From the NCBI RefSeq assembly GCF_006345805.1, contig NW_021836138.1, forward strand, positions 62,001 through 126,000: a stretch of 64,000 nucleotides of DNA, given 5' to 3'. The notes beneath the pieces are model-generated. The model was not told the origin of the DNA. It saw only the letters and a list, made by a program, of their open reading frames with translations, and ran no database searches. Shown piece by piece: positions 13,610 to 26,878 of this stretch (position 1 is the first letter of the stretch; the number at the start of each line of letters is the position of its first letter). Source of the DNA: Octopus sinensis. Lineage: Eukaryota. The position numbers and the translations under genes were made by a program.

Positions 13610-13815
13610 TTGGAGAGTTGCTGCTAGTGTTATTTAGCCCCAGGCTAGGTCAGTCTTGGGTCAATAGACCTATGATCAAAGGTGTTCCGACCATAACCAA
13701 CCACAATCACTTCGGTTTTTTTTTATATATCTAGGATTACATTTTCTCACGTGTCCTTCTATTTTAAAGTGGCCAATATGATATGGTTTGGGAATTTTAG
13801 CTGTTCTTTCTTCCT
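13610..13815 (+). repeat. unclassified dispersed repeat (family E)
   Basis: TTTAGCCCCAGG..GGTCAG...GACCTATGATCAAAGG and later TTTAGCTG motifs recur, degenerate, at about 25960, 26933-27440 and 28840-29010. Confidence 0.5.
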
Positions 13816-14267
13816 GATCAACTGACTGAACAAAGGTTTCTTCAATTGCTTGTTTTGTTAGTTCAAATATGTTAGCCATGACAGAATCAATAAAATTCTG
13901 TGCAAATACTTATTTCATTTATATCTTATAGTTCTCTACCAGACATTTCTGTCATAATATTCAACTAGCATTAACTTCAGCCTTTCCATGATCTAGAATA
14001 CAAGAAATGCATTTATGCTATGAGGAATTCAGTCAACTTACACCCCTCTTCTAAATATATTTACCTGCACATAATCTTTTCTATTCTAGGGACAAGGCCT
14101 GAAATTTTTTTTTTGGGGGGGGGGTCTGAAATTTAAGTCAGTTGGATTACTCCCAGCATGCAACTGGTACTTACGATTATCTCTTGGAAATTAACATATT
14201 TTGGAGTCATTATAAACAGATGATTAAACAGATGATTAAACTCTCAACAGTTTAATATAGATAGCAA

Positions 14268-14582
14268 TCATCATCATCATCATCATCATCGTTTAGCGTC
14301 CGTTTTCCATGCTAGCATGGGTTGGACGGTTCTACTGGGGTCTGTGAAGCCAGAAGGCTTCATCAGGCCCAGTCAAATCTGGCAGTGTTTCTACGGCTGG
14401 ATGCCCTTCCTAACGCCAACCACTCCGTGAGTGTAGTGGGTGCTTTTTACGTGCCACCCGCACTGGTGCCAGACAGAGCTGGCAAACGGCCACGAACGGA
14501 TGGTGCTTTTTATGTGCCACCGGCACGAGGGCCAGGCGAGGCTGGCAACGGACACGAAACGGGGCGGTGCTGGCAACGGTCG
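14268..14582 (-). mobile_element. family C retroposon
   Basis: Near-identical to 7009-7385 over about 250 bp. Confidence 0.9.
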
Positions 14583-14583
14583 A

Positions 14584-14817
14584 TATTTCTTTATTACCCA
14601 CAAGGGGCTAAACACAGAGGGGACAAACAAGGACAGACAAAGGGATTAAGTCGATTACATTGACCCCAGTGCGTAACTGGTACTTTATTTATCGACCCCA
14701 AAAGGATGAAAGGCAAAGTCGACCTTGGTGGAATTTGAACTCAGAATGTAATGGCAGACGAAATACCGTTAAGAATTTCGCCTGGCTCGCTAACGTTTCT
14801 GCCAGCTCGCCACCTTA
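14584..14817 (-). mobile_element. SINE family B (tail 1)
   Basis: Full copy abutting the family C element. Confidence 0.9.
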
Positions 14818-15258
14818 TAAAGAGAGCATAAATCGACACTACTGACTGGTTCTCATAAAAGTAAACAAAAGCAAGTATTTTATTGTCTTCATCAAGATTA
14901 TCATTATTTTAATGCCTACTTTTCCATGCTTGCATAGGGTAGATTAAAGTATGTTGGGCCAGATCAGAATTTTCTGCAGCCAGATGTCCTACATGTACCA
15001 ACTCCCACCAGTTTCCCAATAGCATAATGAGTTCCCATTCTGTCAAACAACAAACTGCTAGAAATGTTTACACAGAAAACTGAAAACAAACGACACCATA
15101 TGAAAGTGCCTTTTGTTTACAAAGATAATGCAACATATCAAGACATGCTTTTGTCATGGACCACAAGCAAATAACATTGCCAGGAAGCCATTCCTTACAA
15201 ACAAGAGAACGTGAATTAAAGATGAAATCAAACAAACACACACACAGATACACGTACA

Positions 15259-15462
15259 TATCATCATTTAATGTCTATTGTCCATGCTGGCATGGGTTGG
15301 ACAGTTTAACTAGAGCTGGCAAGCTGGAAAGCTGCACCAGGCTCCAGTCTCAGTTTGCATGGTTTCTACAGCTTGATGCCCTTCCTAATGCCAACCACTT
15401 TACAGAGTCTGCCAGGTGCTTTTACATGGCACCAGCACAAGTGATTTTTACGTGACACCAGC
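15259..15462 (-). mobile_element. family C retroposon, degenerate
   Basis: CCATGCTGGCATGGGTTGGAC...GATGCCCTTCCTAATGCCAACCAC. Confidence 0.8.
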
Positions 15463-15477
15463 AATGTATACACACAC

Positions 15478-15717
15478 AAATAAAAATAAATGCGCCCCTT
15501 TAAAGCCTGGTTTCCCGGTTTCTATGGTGTATCTGTTCCCCAGCTGGACGGGACGCCAGTCCATCGCAGTATTACTCATTTTTGCCAGCTGAGTGGACTG
15601 GAGCAATGAGAAATGAAGTGTTTTGATCAAGAACACAACGTGTCACCCAGTCCAGGAATTGAAACCACAATCTTACGATCATGGTGCTGACACCCTAACC
15701 ACTAAGCCACGTGCCTC
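15478..15717 (-). mobile_element. tRNA-derived SINE, family D
   Basis: Minus strand begins GAGGCACGTGGCTTAGTGGTTAGGGTG (tRNA-like); carries GCGATGGACTGGCGTCCCGTCCAG (V-domain-like); homologous to 24541-24816. Confidence 0.85.
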
Positions 15718-16446
15718 AACATATACACACATACTTAACTATATGTCAAAATATGCATTTAGCTTACCTGATTTCTCCCAAGGTAGACTGTATGGAAAAG
15801 TTTATGGTGGTACTATTATAACTAAATAGTCCATGTTACTTTTCATAACAAATAGTAGTACAGCTGTATAGATCTGCATATAAGTGATCATATGTACAAG
15901 ATTTACTGGAAATAGTGTATTTTAAATAAACATTGAAAGACCTGTAGCAGATCCAGAACCTTTTTATATATCTAGATATATTGATCTATATCTATATATC
16001 TAAAATTTTGCTGGATATAGATTTATTTTGATAATGCTTAATTCATTGATAACATTTATATTTGTTTAATTCAGTCATTTCATCATTTGAAAATTTGTAA
16101 AAGATAAACATTTGCATTAGCTGGTGATTATCAATGTGAAGAATTTGTAAACCATTCATAATGCACTCAAAGTTTGCTATAGGCATTGAATTTCATTATT
16201 AGGAAAGCTATATTTTGAAATGTACTTTATTCAAACAAGGTAAAATATATCTATTAAAATAACTCTGTAGTGTCAAATGACAGAATACATTTATAATTTT
16301 GTTTTAATATGTATTCTATGAAGTTCTGTTTATATAAGAGACCATATATTAATTGTAAAATAATTAAAGCAGTTCAATGTAAAATTGCTTTTCCAGCTGT
16401 TTGAAGCATTCTGAAATATTTACAAATGTTCTCATAAATTATCGTC

Positions 16447-16924
16447 TATCTTTTACTTCTTTCACTTATTAGGCTGCGACCATGCTGGGGCACTACCTGG
16501 AAGAATTTTAATTGAACAAATCGATCCCAATACTTTTGTTTTCTAATGCTGGTACTTATTCTATCAGTATCTTTTGTTGAACTGCTAAGTTATGGGGATG
16601 TAAACACACTAACACTGGTTGTTAAGTATGGTGGGGGGACAAAACAGTTACAGACACAGGTATGCACAGACTCGCACACACATACATGCTGACACACACA
16701 CACATACACTCACACACATACGCACACAGTCTCTCTCTGATACGCATGCACACACACATTCAACAGGCATCTTTTATTCTCCATCTGCAAATGCTCCCAT
16801 AAGGACTTGGTTGGTTTGAGGCTATTGTAGAAGACACTTGCCTAAGGTGTCATGCAGTGGGACTGAACCCAAAACCATGTGGTTAGGAAGTAAACATCTT
16901 ACCAAACAAACATCTTTGTGCCTA
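16447..16924 (-). mobile_element. SINE family A, diverged
   Basis: Reverse complement of family A with expanded internal (CA)n. Confidence 0.8.
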
Positions 16925-16941
16925 AACATGCTGAATTATTT

Positions 16942-17173
16942 AAGGTGGCGAGCTGGCAGAAACGTTAGCGTGCGAGGTGAAATGCTTAGCGGTATTTCGT
17001 CTGACGTTATGTTCTGAGTTCAAATTCCGCCAAGGTCAACTTAGCCTTTCATCCTTCCAGGGTCGATAAATAAAGTACCAGTTACACACTGGGGTCGATG
17101 TAATTGACTTAATCCCTTTGTCTGTCCTTGTTTGTCCCCTCTATGTTTAGCCCCTTGTGGGCAATAAAGAAAT
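16942..17173 (+). mobile_element. SINE family B (tail 1)
   Basis: AAGGTGGCGAGCTGGCAGAAACGTTAGC (A-box-like), GAGTTCAAATTCC (B-box-like), GCCTTTCATCCTTCC.GGGTCGATAAA..AGTACCAG domain; flanking direct repeat ACATGCTGAATTAT. Confidence 0.9.
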
Positions 17174-17356
17174 ATATACATGCTGAATTATGGTTGAATT
17201 ATGGTAAATATTTAATTTCTTAAACTCTTTTAGCTGTATGAAACAAATTTTGTTTTGAGAGTCTGAAAGGTGAATAAAAACGGTGTGTAGGTGGAAATAC
17301 CTACATAGACACAGGTTATGGTTTTATATTGTCAAGAACATTTTGCTGTAAAGCAA

Positions 17357-17678
17357 TTGAAACCTTTATCATTTAAACTAGCTATATCTAGCTCAGATAT
17401 TCTACCTGCTTTTATGTTCAAAATGGCCAGATCCAAGATCTCACACCTACCCTACAATGTCATGCTTACAAAGTTAAATCTTGACGCCATAAGACAAAGG
17501 GGTGAAGACCCCCTTCAGTCATGAATGACCATAGGATTGCACCTACAAAGTTCCCCTCTGAGGCACAAGTCCAGGCAAAGTTGTTTATGGAAGACCAGCA
17601 GTCACTCATGCACACCAGCCTCACCTCTCCATGTCACCAATATTACAGACAAGAATAATCTGAATGCTAAAGAGTTAA
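17357..17678. mobile_element. degenerate MITE-like element (TTAA-type end) interrupted by an unclassified repeat at about 17485-17640
   Basis: Left AACCTTTATCATT and right AATGCTAAAGAGTTAA form an imperfect inverted pair; GC-richer internal block. Confidence 0.35.
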
Positions 17679-17969
17679 AAATTATAACCAAGCCTTAAGA
17701 CTTACACCAGTTCCTGCCCTGGAACACTTGTTTGAACTATTTTCAGTATAGTTATAATGAGATTCAGAATAATATAGATTGCGATATACATTAAGAGCTA
17801 AATGCATTTAATGTTCTCTATAATCACTCAATATACTTAACGTAGTAGCCATATTTTTGGTCTCTCAAACCAAAGCAGTGACCATGTTTTAAGTCCAGTG
17901 TGATCAAGGTCACAAATACTAATAGAAAACTAACTAAATAAGGCTGATCAGATCAATAAATAATAATTC

Positions 17970-19117
17970 AGTCTTCTACTGGTATAAGGCCTGAAGTTTT
18001 GAGGGAGGAGTCTAATTGATTAGATAAACGCCAGTGCTTAATTGGTACTTGTTTTATCTACCCAAAAATGATAAGAGACAAGGTTAGTCCCTGCAGAATT
18101 TTAACTCAGAACATAAAGATGGAAAAAATATCACTAAGCATTTTGTCTGGTATGTGGACGATTCTGTCATCTCACCTGCTTAGATAACAATATTTATAAC
18201 AGTAATAAGGCAACAAGCTGGTAGAAACGTTAGCACACCGGGTGAAATGCTAAGTGGAAATTCGTCTGTCTTTACTTTGTGAATTCAAATTCCGCTGAGG
18301 TCAACTTTGCCTTTCATCCTTCCAGGGTCAATAAATAGAGCACCAGATGTGTACTGAGGACGATCTAATAGACTGCCCCGCCAACCAAAAAATTTTGGGC
18401 CTTATGCCTAGAGTAGAAAAGATTCTTACTAACCATTCTTTTTAAAGGCAGTGAGCTGGTAGAAATGTTAGCAGGCCAGGTGAAATGCTTAGCACTATTT
18501 TGTCTGTCTTTACGCTCTGAGTTCAAGTTCTGCCAAGGTTGACTTTGCCTTTCATCTTTTTGGGGTCGATAAATTAAGTACCAGTTGTGTACTGGGGTTG
18601 ATCTAAATGACTGGCATCCTCCCGAAAAATTTTGGCTCTTGTGTCTAGAATAGAAAAGAATATTAATAACAGTAATTCTTCCTAGTTTTTTACTCCGGGC
18701 CAGCAATTTTGTGGGAGAGGAAGTTGATTACATCAATCACAATGCTCAACCGGTTCGTATTTTATCAACTCCAAGATGAAAGGAAAAGTTGACCTAAGTG
18801 GTATTTGAACTCAGAACATAAAGCAAGAAAAATGTTGCAGAGAATTTTCTCCTGCATGCTAAAGAGTATACCAGCTTATCACCTGAGATCAATAAATAAT
18901 AATCTCTTCTGCTCTAGGTACAGGGCCTGAAATTTATGGGGAGGGGGCCAGTCAATTAGATTGACATCAGTACACAACTGGTACTTAATTAATCAACCCT
19001 GAAAGGATGAAAGGCAAAGTCAACCATGGCAGTATTGGAACTCACAATGTAAAGACAGTCGAAATTCTGCTAAGCATTTCACCCAGCATGCTAACGTTTC
19101 TGCCAGTTCACCACCTT
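17970..19117. mobile_element. cluster of five family B SINEs (tail type 2), orientations -,+,+,-,-
   Basis: Copies at about 17970-18182(-), 18207-18425(+), 18444-18663(+), 18690-18885(-), 18903-19117(-); tail resembles AAAATTTTGGGCCTTATGCCTAGAGTAGAAAAGA. Confidence 0.85.
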
Positions 19118-19764
19118 CAATAAATGATAATACAATTATAACAGTACAGCATTCTATTCTGCCCACTTTTCTGCAGAAAGTAAGTACACTACATGTTAAA
19201 CTACAGTTACACTACATATTAAAAGTGATTGAGCAGTGAAATCCAAATTCAAACTGAATAATAGATTTTTGGTTAGTCCTTAAGTATATAAATTCGATTA
19301 CCTTCACACCAAACAAAAAAAAACTCAGTTTAGCTAAAAGCTGCCTTATAAACACATACAGATACAAGGAAAAAACTTACAGGAGGATATAGAATCATCG
19401 TTTTCTTTTTAAACAATACCTTAAAGATTGATGTCCAAGTGTTAGGAGAAAGACACACAAATCTGTTTTCTTGCAGGTTTTGCGGGAAGATCATGCAACT
19501 AGAATGCCTATAGATCTGATGAATTTGTTGAGATTCATTTAGTGTTTAGTTTGAACATCCGTGAAACCATTTGATGTCTGGATATTTGATGTTATGGGTA
19601 TGAAGGGAATTATATATACATAATATATATATAGAAACATTATTATTTCTAAAACTCTCAAAGAGAGATATTCAGTAATAATACTTTAAAGTAAAGACTA
19701 TTTGCCAACATAATGTGTGAAATTTAAAAATAATAATGTTTTTATTTATTAGATCAGTGACTGT

Positions 19765-20006
19765 GTGTCACTTTGAAAATTATATATTTTTGAATGGGAA
19801 TTCAGTAGCATCGTCTAACCAAGCAGCTACTCTATGCTGATAAAGAGCAATAACCCAGAAACCAGTACACATGTTGCTTTGTGCTGGATAGGGGTGCTGA
19901 GCTCCCCTGCTCGTAAATATAAGGACACAGATATTGTGTCGTATAGCCAGCTGGAAACGTTTCCTGGGGCTAAACAACAGTAACACTCATCCTCTCCAGG
20001 ACAACT
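19765..20006 (-). repeat. dispersed structured repeat, bracketed by a 25-bp inverted repeat
   Basis: Homologous to 3275-3495; inverted repeat at 19692-19716 and 20007-20031. Confidence 0.75.
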
Positions 20007-20264
20007 ACATTATGTTGGCAAATAGTCTTTATATTGCATCACATCACAACAATAAGATAGAACTATTTCACCTCAACAAGTCCTGCTCATTTTAGCATCA
20101 TGCCAAGACACACAAGGGAAGAAAAAAATGTTATAACATTCAAATGGTTCCTGGGTGTATATCTTCAACAAATTCCAGATAAATCACCAACACCCAGATA
20201 CAGCTCTGTAAACAATAATGCTTTACTAAAATGGGCTTTAATGACTGTAATATGAAACATCATT

Positions 20265-20722
20265 AAGGCAGTGGCTAGCAGACTCATTAGCATACCAGGC
20301 GGTATGCTTAGCGGTATTTTGTTCTAAAGGCGGTGATCTGGCAGAAACGCTAGCACGCTGGACGAAATGCGTAGCCGTATTTCGTCTGTCGTTACGTTCT
20401 GAGTTCAAATTCCGCTGATTTCAACTTTGCCTTTCATCTTTTCGGGGTCGATAAATTAAGTACCAGTTACGCACTGGGGTCGATGTAATCGACTTAATAC
20501 CTATGTCTGTCCTTATTTGTCCCATCTGTGTTTAGCCCCTTGTGGGTAATAAAGAAATAGGTATTTTGTTCATCTTCCCATTCTGAATCCAAATTCTGCT
20601 GAGGTTGACCTTGCCTTTCATCCTCTCAGGGTCGATAGTATAAGTAACAGTTGAACACTGGGTAAATGTAATCACCTGCCCCTTCCCTGAAGTTGGTGGC
20701 CTTGTACCCAAATTTGAAACCA
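20265..20722 (+). mobile_element. nested family B SINEs (tail-1 copy 20327-20559 inside an older tail-2 copy)
   Basis: 12-bp TSD GGTATTTTGTTC at 20313-20324 and 20560-20571. Confidence 0.88.
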
Positions 20723-20858
20723 GTATGAAACATCATTAGATGTCTTTTCTAGGTGGGGCTGTTAGCTTAGTCATGGCCTTGGCTAATTCTGAATGAAACT
20801 AATTTAAGTATCTGAGTATCTAAGTTGTGCAATCTGCAAAGACCTGTGGAATAAAGTA

Positions 20859-21378
20859 CCGTAAATCCTCGAGTATAGTCCATCCTTGAGTATAATATGC
20901 AGAGGATTTTTAGGGGGCTGTACCTCTGTAAAACCTAAACCTTGTGTATAATATGCACCCTTCTCTAACTTGAGTCATGCGTAATTAAGCTAGCAGCACC
21001 TAGTCGAAGAAACACTTCCGTGCATGCGTAATACAATAATGGTGATGTTCTTAACTGTTATATGGGAATGTAAATATGTTTGTAAATTGTTTTTGTTACA
21101 TGTTATTCTGTCTTCTGAATACTTTTACTTTAATAAATATTGCTTACTGCAAGTTATGGGTAATTCTTTTATGACTTCATTGCTTTCAGGCTTAGCTTAG
21201 GGTATTTTCGCACCCAACATCACAAAATGCGTCTGAATAAACATTGCTGGACAGCAAATAGAGACTCGGACATTGTTTAGAAAAAAACTTCATTTCTAAC
21301 CTCGTATATAGTACGCACTAGGGATTTTGACCTTTAAATTTGGGGGAAAAAATGCGGATTATACTCGAGGATTTACAG
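20859..21378. mobile_element. non-autonomous Tc1/mariner-superfamily MITE (Tc2/pogo-type ends)
   Basis: TIRs CCGTAAATCCTCGAGTATAGTCC and GGATTATACTCGAGGATTTACAG, TA on both flanks, subterminal GTATAATATGCA repeats. Confidence 0.88.
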
Positions 21379-24300
21379 TACATGAAAATAAGTAATGAAA
21401 ATAGGATATGCTTGGAATCAAGAATGGCATCTAGCTGTATAAAACAACCTAGAGAAATTTATGTTCAGTCCTTACTCGCATTAAAAAGTGGACATAAAAA
21501 TGGTGAAGATGAAGATGATGATGATGGTTATATAGATTATATATTGTATAGACATGCTCTGATGAAACTATCCAACTGTGGATTATTTGTTTGCTGCTCA
21601 CGAATGAGTGATATCATTTATAAATAGAAGGAAACAGAATTTTCTGTGGTATATCTGATTTAATTTCAATTCAACAACAAATCAGAGAATAAGAAAGAAA
21701 TTAAATAACTGCAAATAATATAGCCTGAAGTGTTCTTATACATGTTATCAATAATTGAAGTACATTTAACAGAGAAGTGTCACTAAAAATAAGCCTCTTT
21801 CAGAAATTTGATTAAAACAGGCAGTTTAATGAATTTTTTGAGTTGTACACACACGCATACATGTGCACACACACACAAGCACTCATACATACATACATAC
21901 ATAGATACATATATATATATATGCACAGAGAGACATAAATTGTTTTATGTCAATACTGTAGATATATTTCCATACACATCAGTAAACACACTCATGATGA
22001 TGAAGATGATGATGATGATGTTGATGATATACATATGTAGCTATAATATATATGTCCATATGTGTCTGTATACATGTATGTATATGTGTGTGTGTATATA
22101 TATACATATACACATACAGAGATGCAAGCATAGACACACACACACTCACACGCGCAAACATATATACAACAATAAACATACGGAAAATTATATGTATTAC
22201 TCTACTCTATATAAAGTTTTGTATGTGTAGTTCACCTGTACATACCTATGTGTATTTGTTTATTCATGTGTGAGTATAATTTTATGTATGTATGTATGAA
22301 TGTATGTAATAGAGCATTGAAACTATCATAACTTTGATATATTGAAAGGAATGAAATCCTAAATTGAAGTTAAATCACATTTTAGCAATCTATCTGATTT
22401 GATTTGTCTCTTATTAAATCCAAAGAATCCAATAGCTATCTGCTTTACTTTATTTTTAATCTGCAATTCACTGGAGCAAGACAAGAGAAACATGCATTTT
22501 AATTCAACAAATGCCACAAGGAAGACTTTTTCAGGTAAAATAACGAATGTAAATAAACAAAAAAAAAAAAAATAATAATAATAATAAAACTGCAATATAT
22601 TGACATAACTTCCAGTCAAACAAAAATTCATACATTGCATGGGGATCTCATTGAAAACTTTAAAAATTATAGATGTTGAGATCAATCATTAGAACTAAAA
22701 TTAATTTAAGTTTGACTTAAGGAAAGCCAATGTGTCACAAGTGCCGAAGTTATTGGGGTACAAATATAACAGAAACAGAATCAATATTTAATATCTTTTC
22801 ATCGTTAATACCCATACAATACTGTGTACTCTTGAAAGAAACTCAACTCTTGCAACCTTAGCACACCTAGTTGTAAGTAGGTACAGTTCATTGTGAAATT
22901 TTGGAGAATACTCTCAGAATGATTCCTTTGAATTCAGTCACAGAAAATGCTTTGTAGTGTTTATTCTTGCTCTTTACATTCTGAGTTCAAACCCTGCTAA
23001 GGCCAACTTTGTTATTCATCCTTAAAGTGTCAATAAAATAAAGTTCCAGTGAAGTACTGAGGTTGAAGTTACCTTTTCAAAATTGCTGGCCTTGTGCCTC
23101 AATCGTTATAATCATTATTTATTGCTGACAGTTTTAAGACCTGTAAAATTTTTCTGTGATTATTCTCAATGAAACTGAAGAAATTAATGTTTTGTTTTCA
23201 TTTTATTTCACACAGGGAACCTTAGTGAACATTTTTGAATGCCTAAATCTCAATGTGGTTAGACAATAGAGAATAGTTTTTAAAATATCACTATTTTTCT
23301 ATCAAGAGCTAAGATAAAAATGGCTTCTTTTTCCTCTGGATATGCTAAGAAAGAGATTATAGTAAGTAAAAGCAACGATAACCCCCACCATGTAGAAAGA
23401 AACAAAGTGTAAAGTAAGTTTAATGAACACACAAGCAACAGGTAGAAAAGACAAGAAATAATACTCCACGAACAAAAACAGTATAATAGCATATTGTCAA
23501 CAACAACTGGACAAACTTAAATAAAAATCCTTAAATGTTATCTTTCACAAATGCCACAGAACAAGAACCTTTCAATGAGGAACATTTTACTGAAGGAAGA
23601 AATCTTGTGGGCATTATGTTCCTGAGACAGACATTACCCTATCATATGCCATTATAGATGTGTACAAAAGAAGGAAAGTAATATACCTGTGCTTTATCAA
23701 AGTCACAAAGTGTTCCTTTTCACTATTCAAGGAAGACAGGGAATCTGCCTTGGTCGCTATTTTAAGTGAAATCCCCTTTATTAGCAGAGTAGGGTGTATA
23801 TGATATCATGTGTCATTGTCATGAACAGATACCTTTAATCCTTTTCTTGATAAAATATGTACCATTTGAGTATTGGTGTCAATGAAATTGACTAACCACC
23901 TCCCCTGAAATTGCTGGACTTGTGACAAAATTTGAAACCGCTATTATTATTATTATTATTGTTGTTGTTGTTATTACTATTATTATTGTTAATTCTAAAA
24001 AAATATTGTTGTTGTTTTTTGCCTTGGGGAGATGGTTTTACTTCAGTCTATGAATAACATTTTGTCAAGTTTCATAAAAATTGGATTACTCTTTGTGTGT
24101 GATATTGCATGAAGTGATTACTCAAGATTGTGAGGGTTTTTCATTTACCCTTTTTTTCTTACATTTTTGTGGTACAAAAGCATATAGAAAACATCTTTTT
24201 TGCTCTCCAGCATTCATTACAAATTGCTGACACACCCACTCAATAAATAAAACCGTTTGCGCAGACAACACAAAAACCGAATAAGATTATAAATAAAATA

Positions 24301-24540
24301 TGAACATGAAAAAAATATATAATGATGTGTTTGATGTTTGTGACACAAATAAGAGTTTAGTGGAAGACTCATACAACAATAACAAATACAACAGCAACAA
24401 TTGCAACAAGCACAGCTTTTCACACATTCATTTGCTAATGTTAGATATAACAGGGGAATTCTGGATTTTGAGCAAGCTACAGTTGGAGACATCACATTGT
24501 ATCATGATGATATCTTTTTTGTAGACCTTATATTCCTCAC

Positions 24541-24816
24541 AAAATAAAATAAAATAAAATAAAAATAAATGCGCCCTTTTAAAGCCTAGCCAGGCTCATG
24601 GGCCCGGTTTCTTGGTTTCAATGGCGTATGTGTTCCCCAGCTGGATGGGACACCAGTCCATCGCAGCGTTACTCATTTTTGCCAGCTGAGTGGACTGGAG
24701 CAATGTCAAATGAAGTGTTTTGCTCAAGAACCCAATGTGTCACCATGGTCCAGGAATCGAAACCGCAATCTTACAATCATGATGCTGACACCCTAACCAC
24801 TAAGCCACGTGCCTCC
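24541..24816 (-). mobile_element. SINE family D
   Basis: Full copy with (AAAAT)n tail on + strand; homologous to 15478-15717. Confidence 0.88.
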
Positions 24817-26129
24817 ACTCCTCACAAAATGGGAAAGCTAATTGCTGGAGTATATATATATCTCACAAAAAAAAAGAAAAATAAGAGACAGAGCCTGTGT
24901 GCTCTCTAAATATGAATTGAATCTGATCTCCATTTTGCTTTAACTCTATTCTAGTTGTCTAGAATTTTCTGAAATTAATGAAATCTAATTAATATAACAC
25001 ATTTACTTCTGTCATTTTGACAATATTACTCTTTATCAATACACTAATCACCTTTTAGATTCCTTCTCTTCCTTAGATTGTATTCCTTAAAACTTCTCTC
25101 CCTACACAGATATTAGATACAATAAAGAACCGATAGCAACCCATAGAAAGCATTAACTGCACTCTCTTCATTTTCATAATCTATATCCCCCACCCCACCC
25201 CACTCCACCAATCAATGATGATGTTAAAATAATATGAATCTGATTGTTGTTTATAATTTTTTCTCAGACAATAAATAAATATGCAATAACATTAAATCTA
25301 TAATATTTGAAGAGAATAAGTCCAGCTGTGAAATTGCTAATTAGTAAATCACAAAGAAACCAAATTAGCCATGTATATTTCTGTGTAGATTCAATTGTTG
25401 CCTGCTATTCTTGCTGCACATAATAACTGTATTTACCATGAGTAAAAGTAAAAACAGACATGAACAACACTCACATATATTGGCAATCATGTTAAAGAAC
25501 TTGTTAATTATGGGCAGAAAGTATTATTAAAGTTGTATAAGCAGCAAAATGTAAATTACCAACAGGCTGCCTTCAAAAACTAAACATCTATCTAGCTTAG
25601 AGATCAAGAATTTTGATGCCATCAGCAATATTATATCAAAGAAGCTTTGGCCTAGTCTCTGTAGCGGAGAAGAGATATTTTGGAGAAATGCAGTTCAGTT
25701 TGCTGATGTAGGCAGTAAGAATTCTGCATAATGAATGGTTTGTTAGCTAAAGGCATCTGCTCTAATCTCCTCAAGTCTTTGAGGAAAGTAAACAGAAACT
25801 ATTCCAGTTTCCAGTTCATGCTCCACTGAATTATTAAGCAAAGTTGTAGCAGTCTTCGATAATGGCACAATGTTCCAATTTGGTTGTTGGTTGAGAAATA
25901 CATGAAGATAGATCTAGAGTAAAGATGTCATGAGTGCAGTGTCAGAAATTAATGCTTGGTCTCAGTTCAGCCTTGGTTTGAGTATATCTATGACCAATGG
26001 CGGCGAGCTGTCTTGGAGAAATCAGGTGTCTTGGAGAAATTTCGAACTTGGGTTCTCATTCCTAAGGTATTTTTTGATGTGGTTGTTATTATTTTCCCAG
26101 GCAGTGACCTGAATAATAATAATAATAAT

Positions 26130-26829
26130 GGTAATGAAAAGAAATATTACAAGTAACTGCAGAATATGTGGAGATGGACAAGAAACAATAAATCATATTA
26201 TCTCTAACTGCCCAGTCCTGGCTAAGAAGGAATATATTCACAGACATGACAGAGTTGGAACCTACATACATTGGAAGCTATGCCAACATTATGGAATAAC
26301 AACAGAAAAAAGATGGTATAGGCACACACCAGAAAAGGTCACAGAAAACGAGAAAGCAACCATACTCTGGGATATGCCGATACACACAGATAGAGAAATT
26401 AAGGCCAACAGACCAGATATAGTTGTCAGAGATCATGAAGAAAAAAAATGCTTTCTAATTGATGTATCAATACCGGCAGATGACAACGTGTCTCTAAAAG
26501 AAATGGAGAAACTCTCAAAATACAAAGACCTGGAAATAGAGGTAACTAGAATGTGGAATCTGAAAACAGAAACAATTCCTATCATAGTAGGTGCATTAGG
26601 CATGATAAAAAAATATTCAGACAAATACATAACAAAAACACCAGGACTTACAAACACATATAACATACAGAAAATTGCACTACTAGGCACTGCACACATC
26701 CTACGCAGAACACTTTCCATACAATAACCATCAGAGCATCACAACAAATCACAGCACACACCCAAGGCACACAGAGCTGCCCTCGGTAGTGAAGTGAAAG
26801 CATGCTATAAAAATAAAACTACTGAATGA

Positions 26830-26861
<32 letters not shown>

Positions 26862-26878
26862 TTAACAATAATAATAAC

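Noticed and set aside
19376-19580. Exon candidates on both strands (minus GTAAGT donor; plus TTCTTGCAG acceptor)
   Set aside because: Short unrecognisable peptides; such sites are expected by chance in 64 kb.
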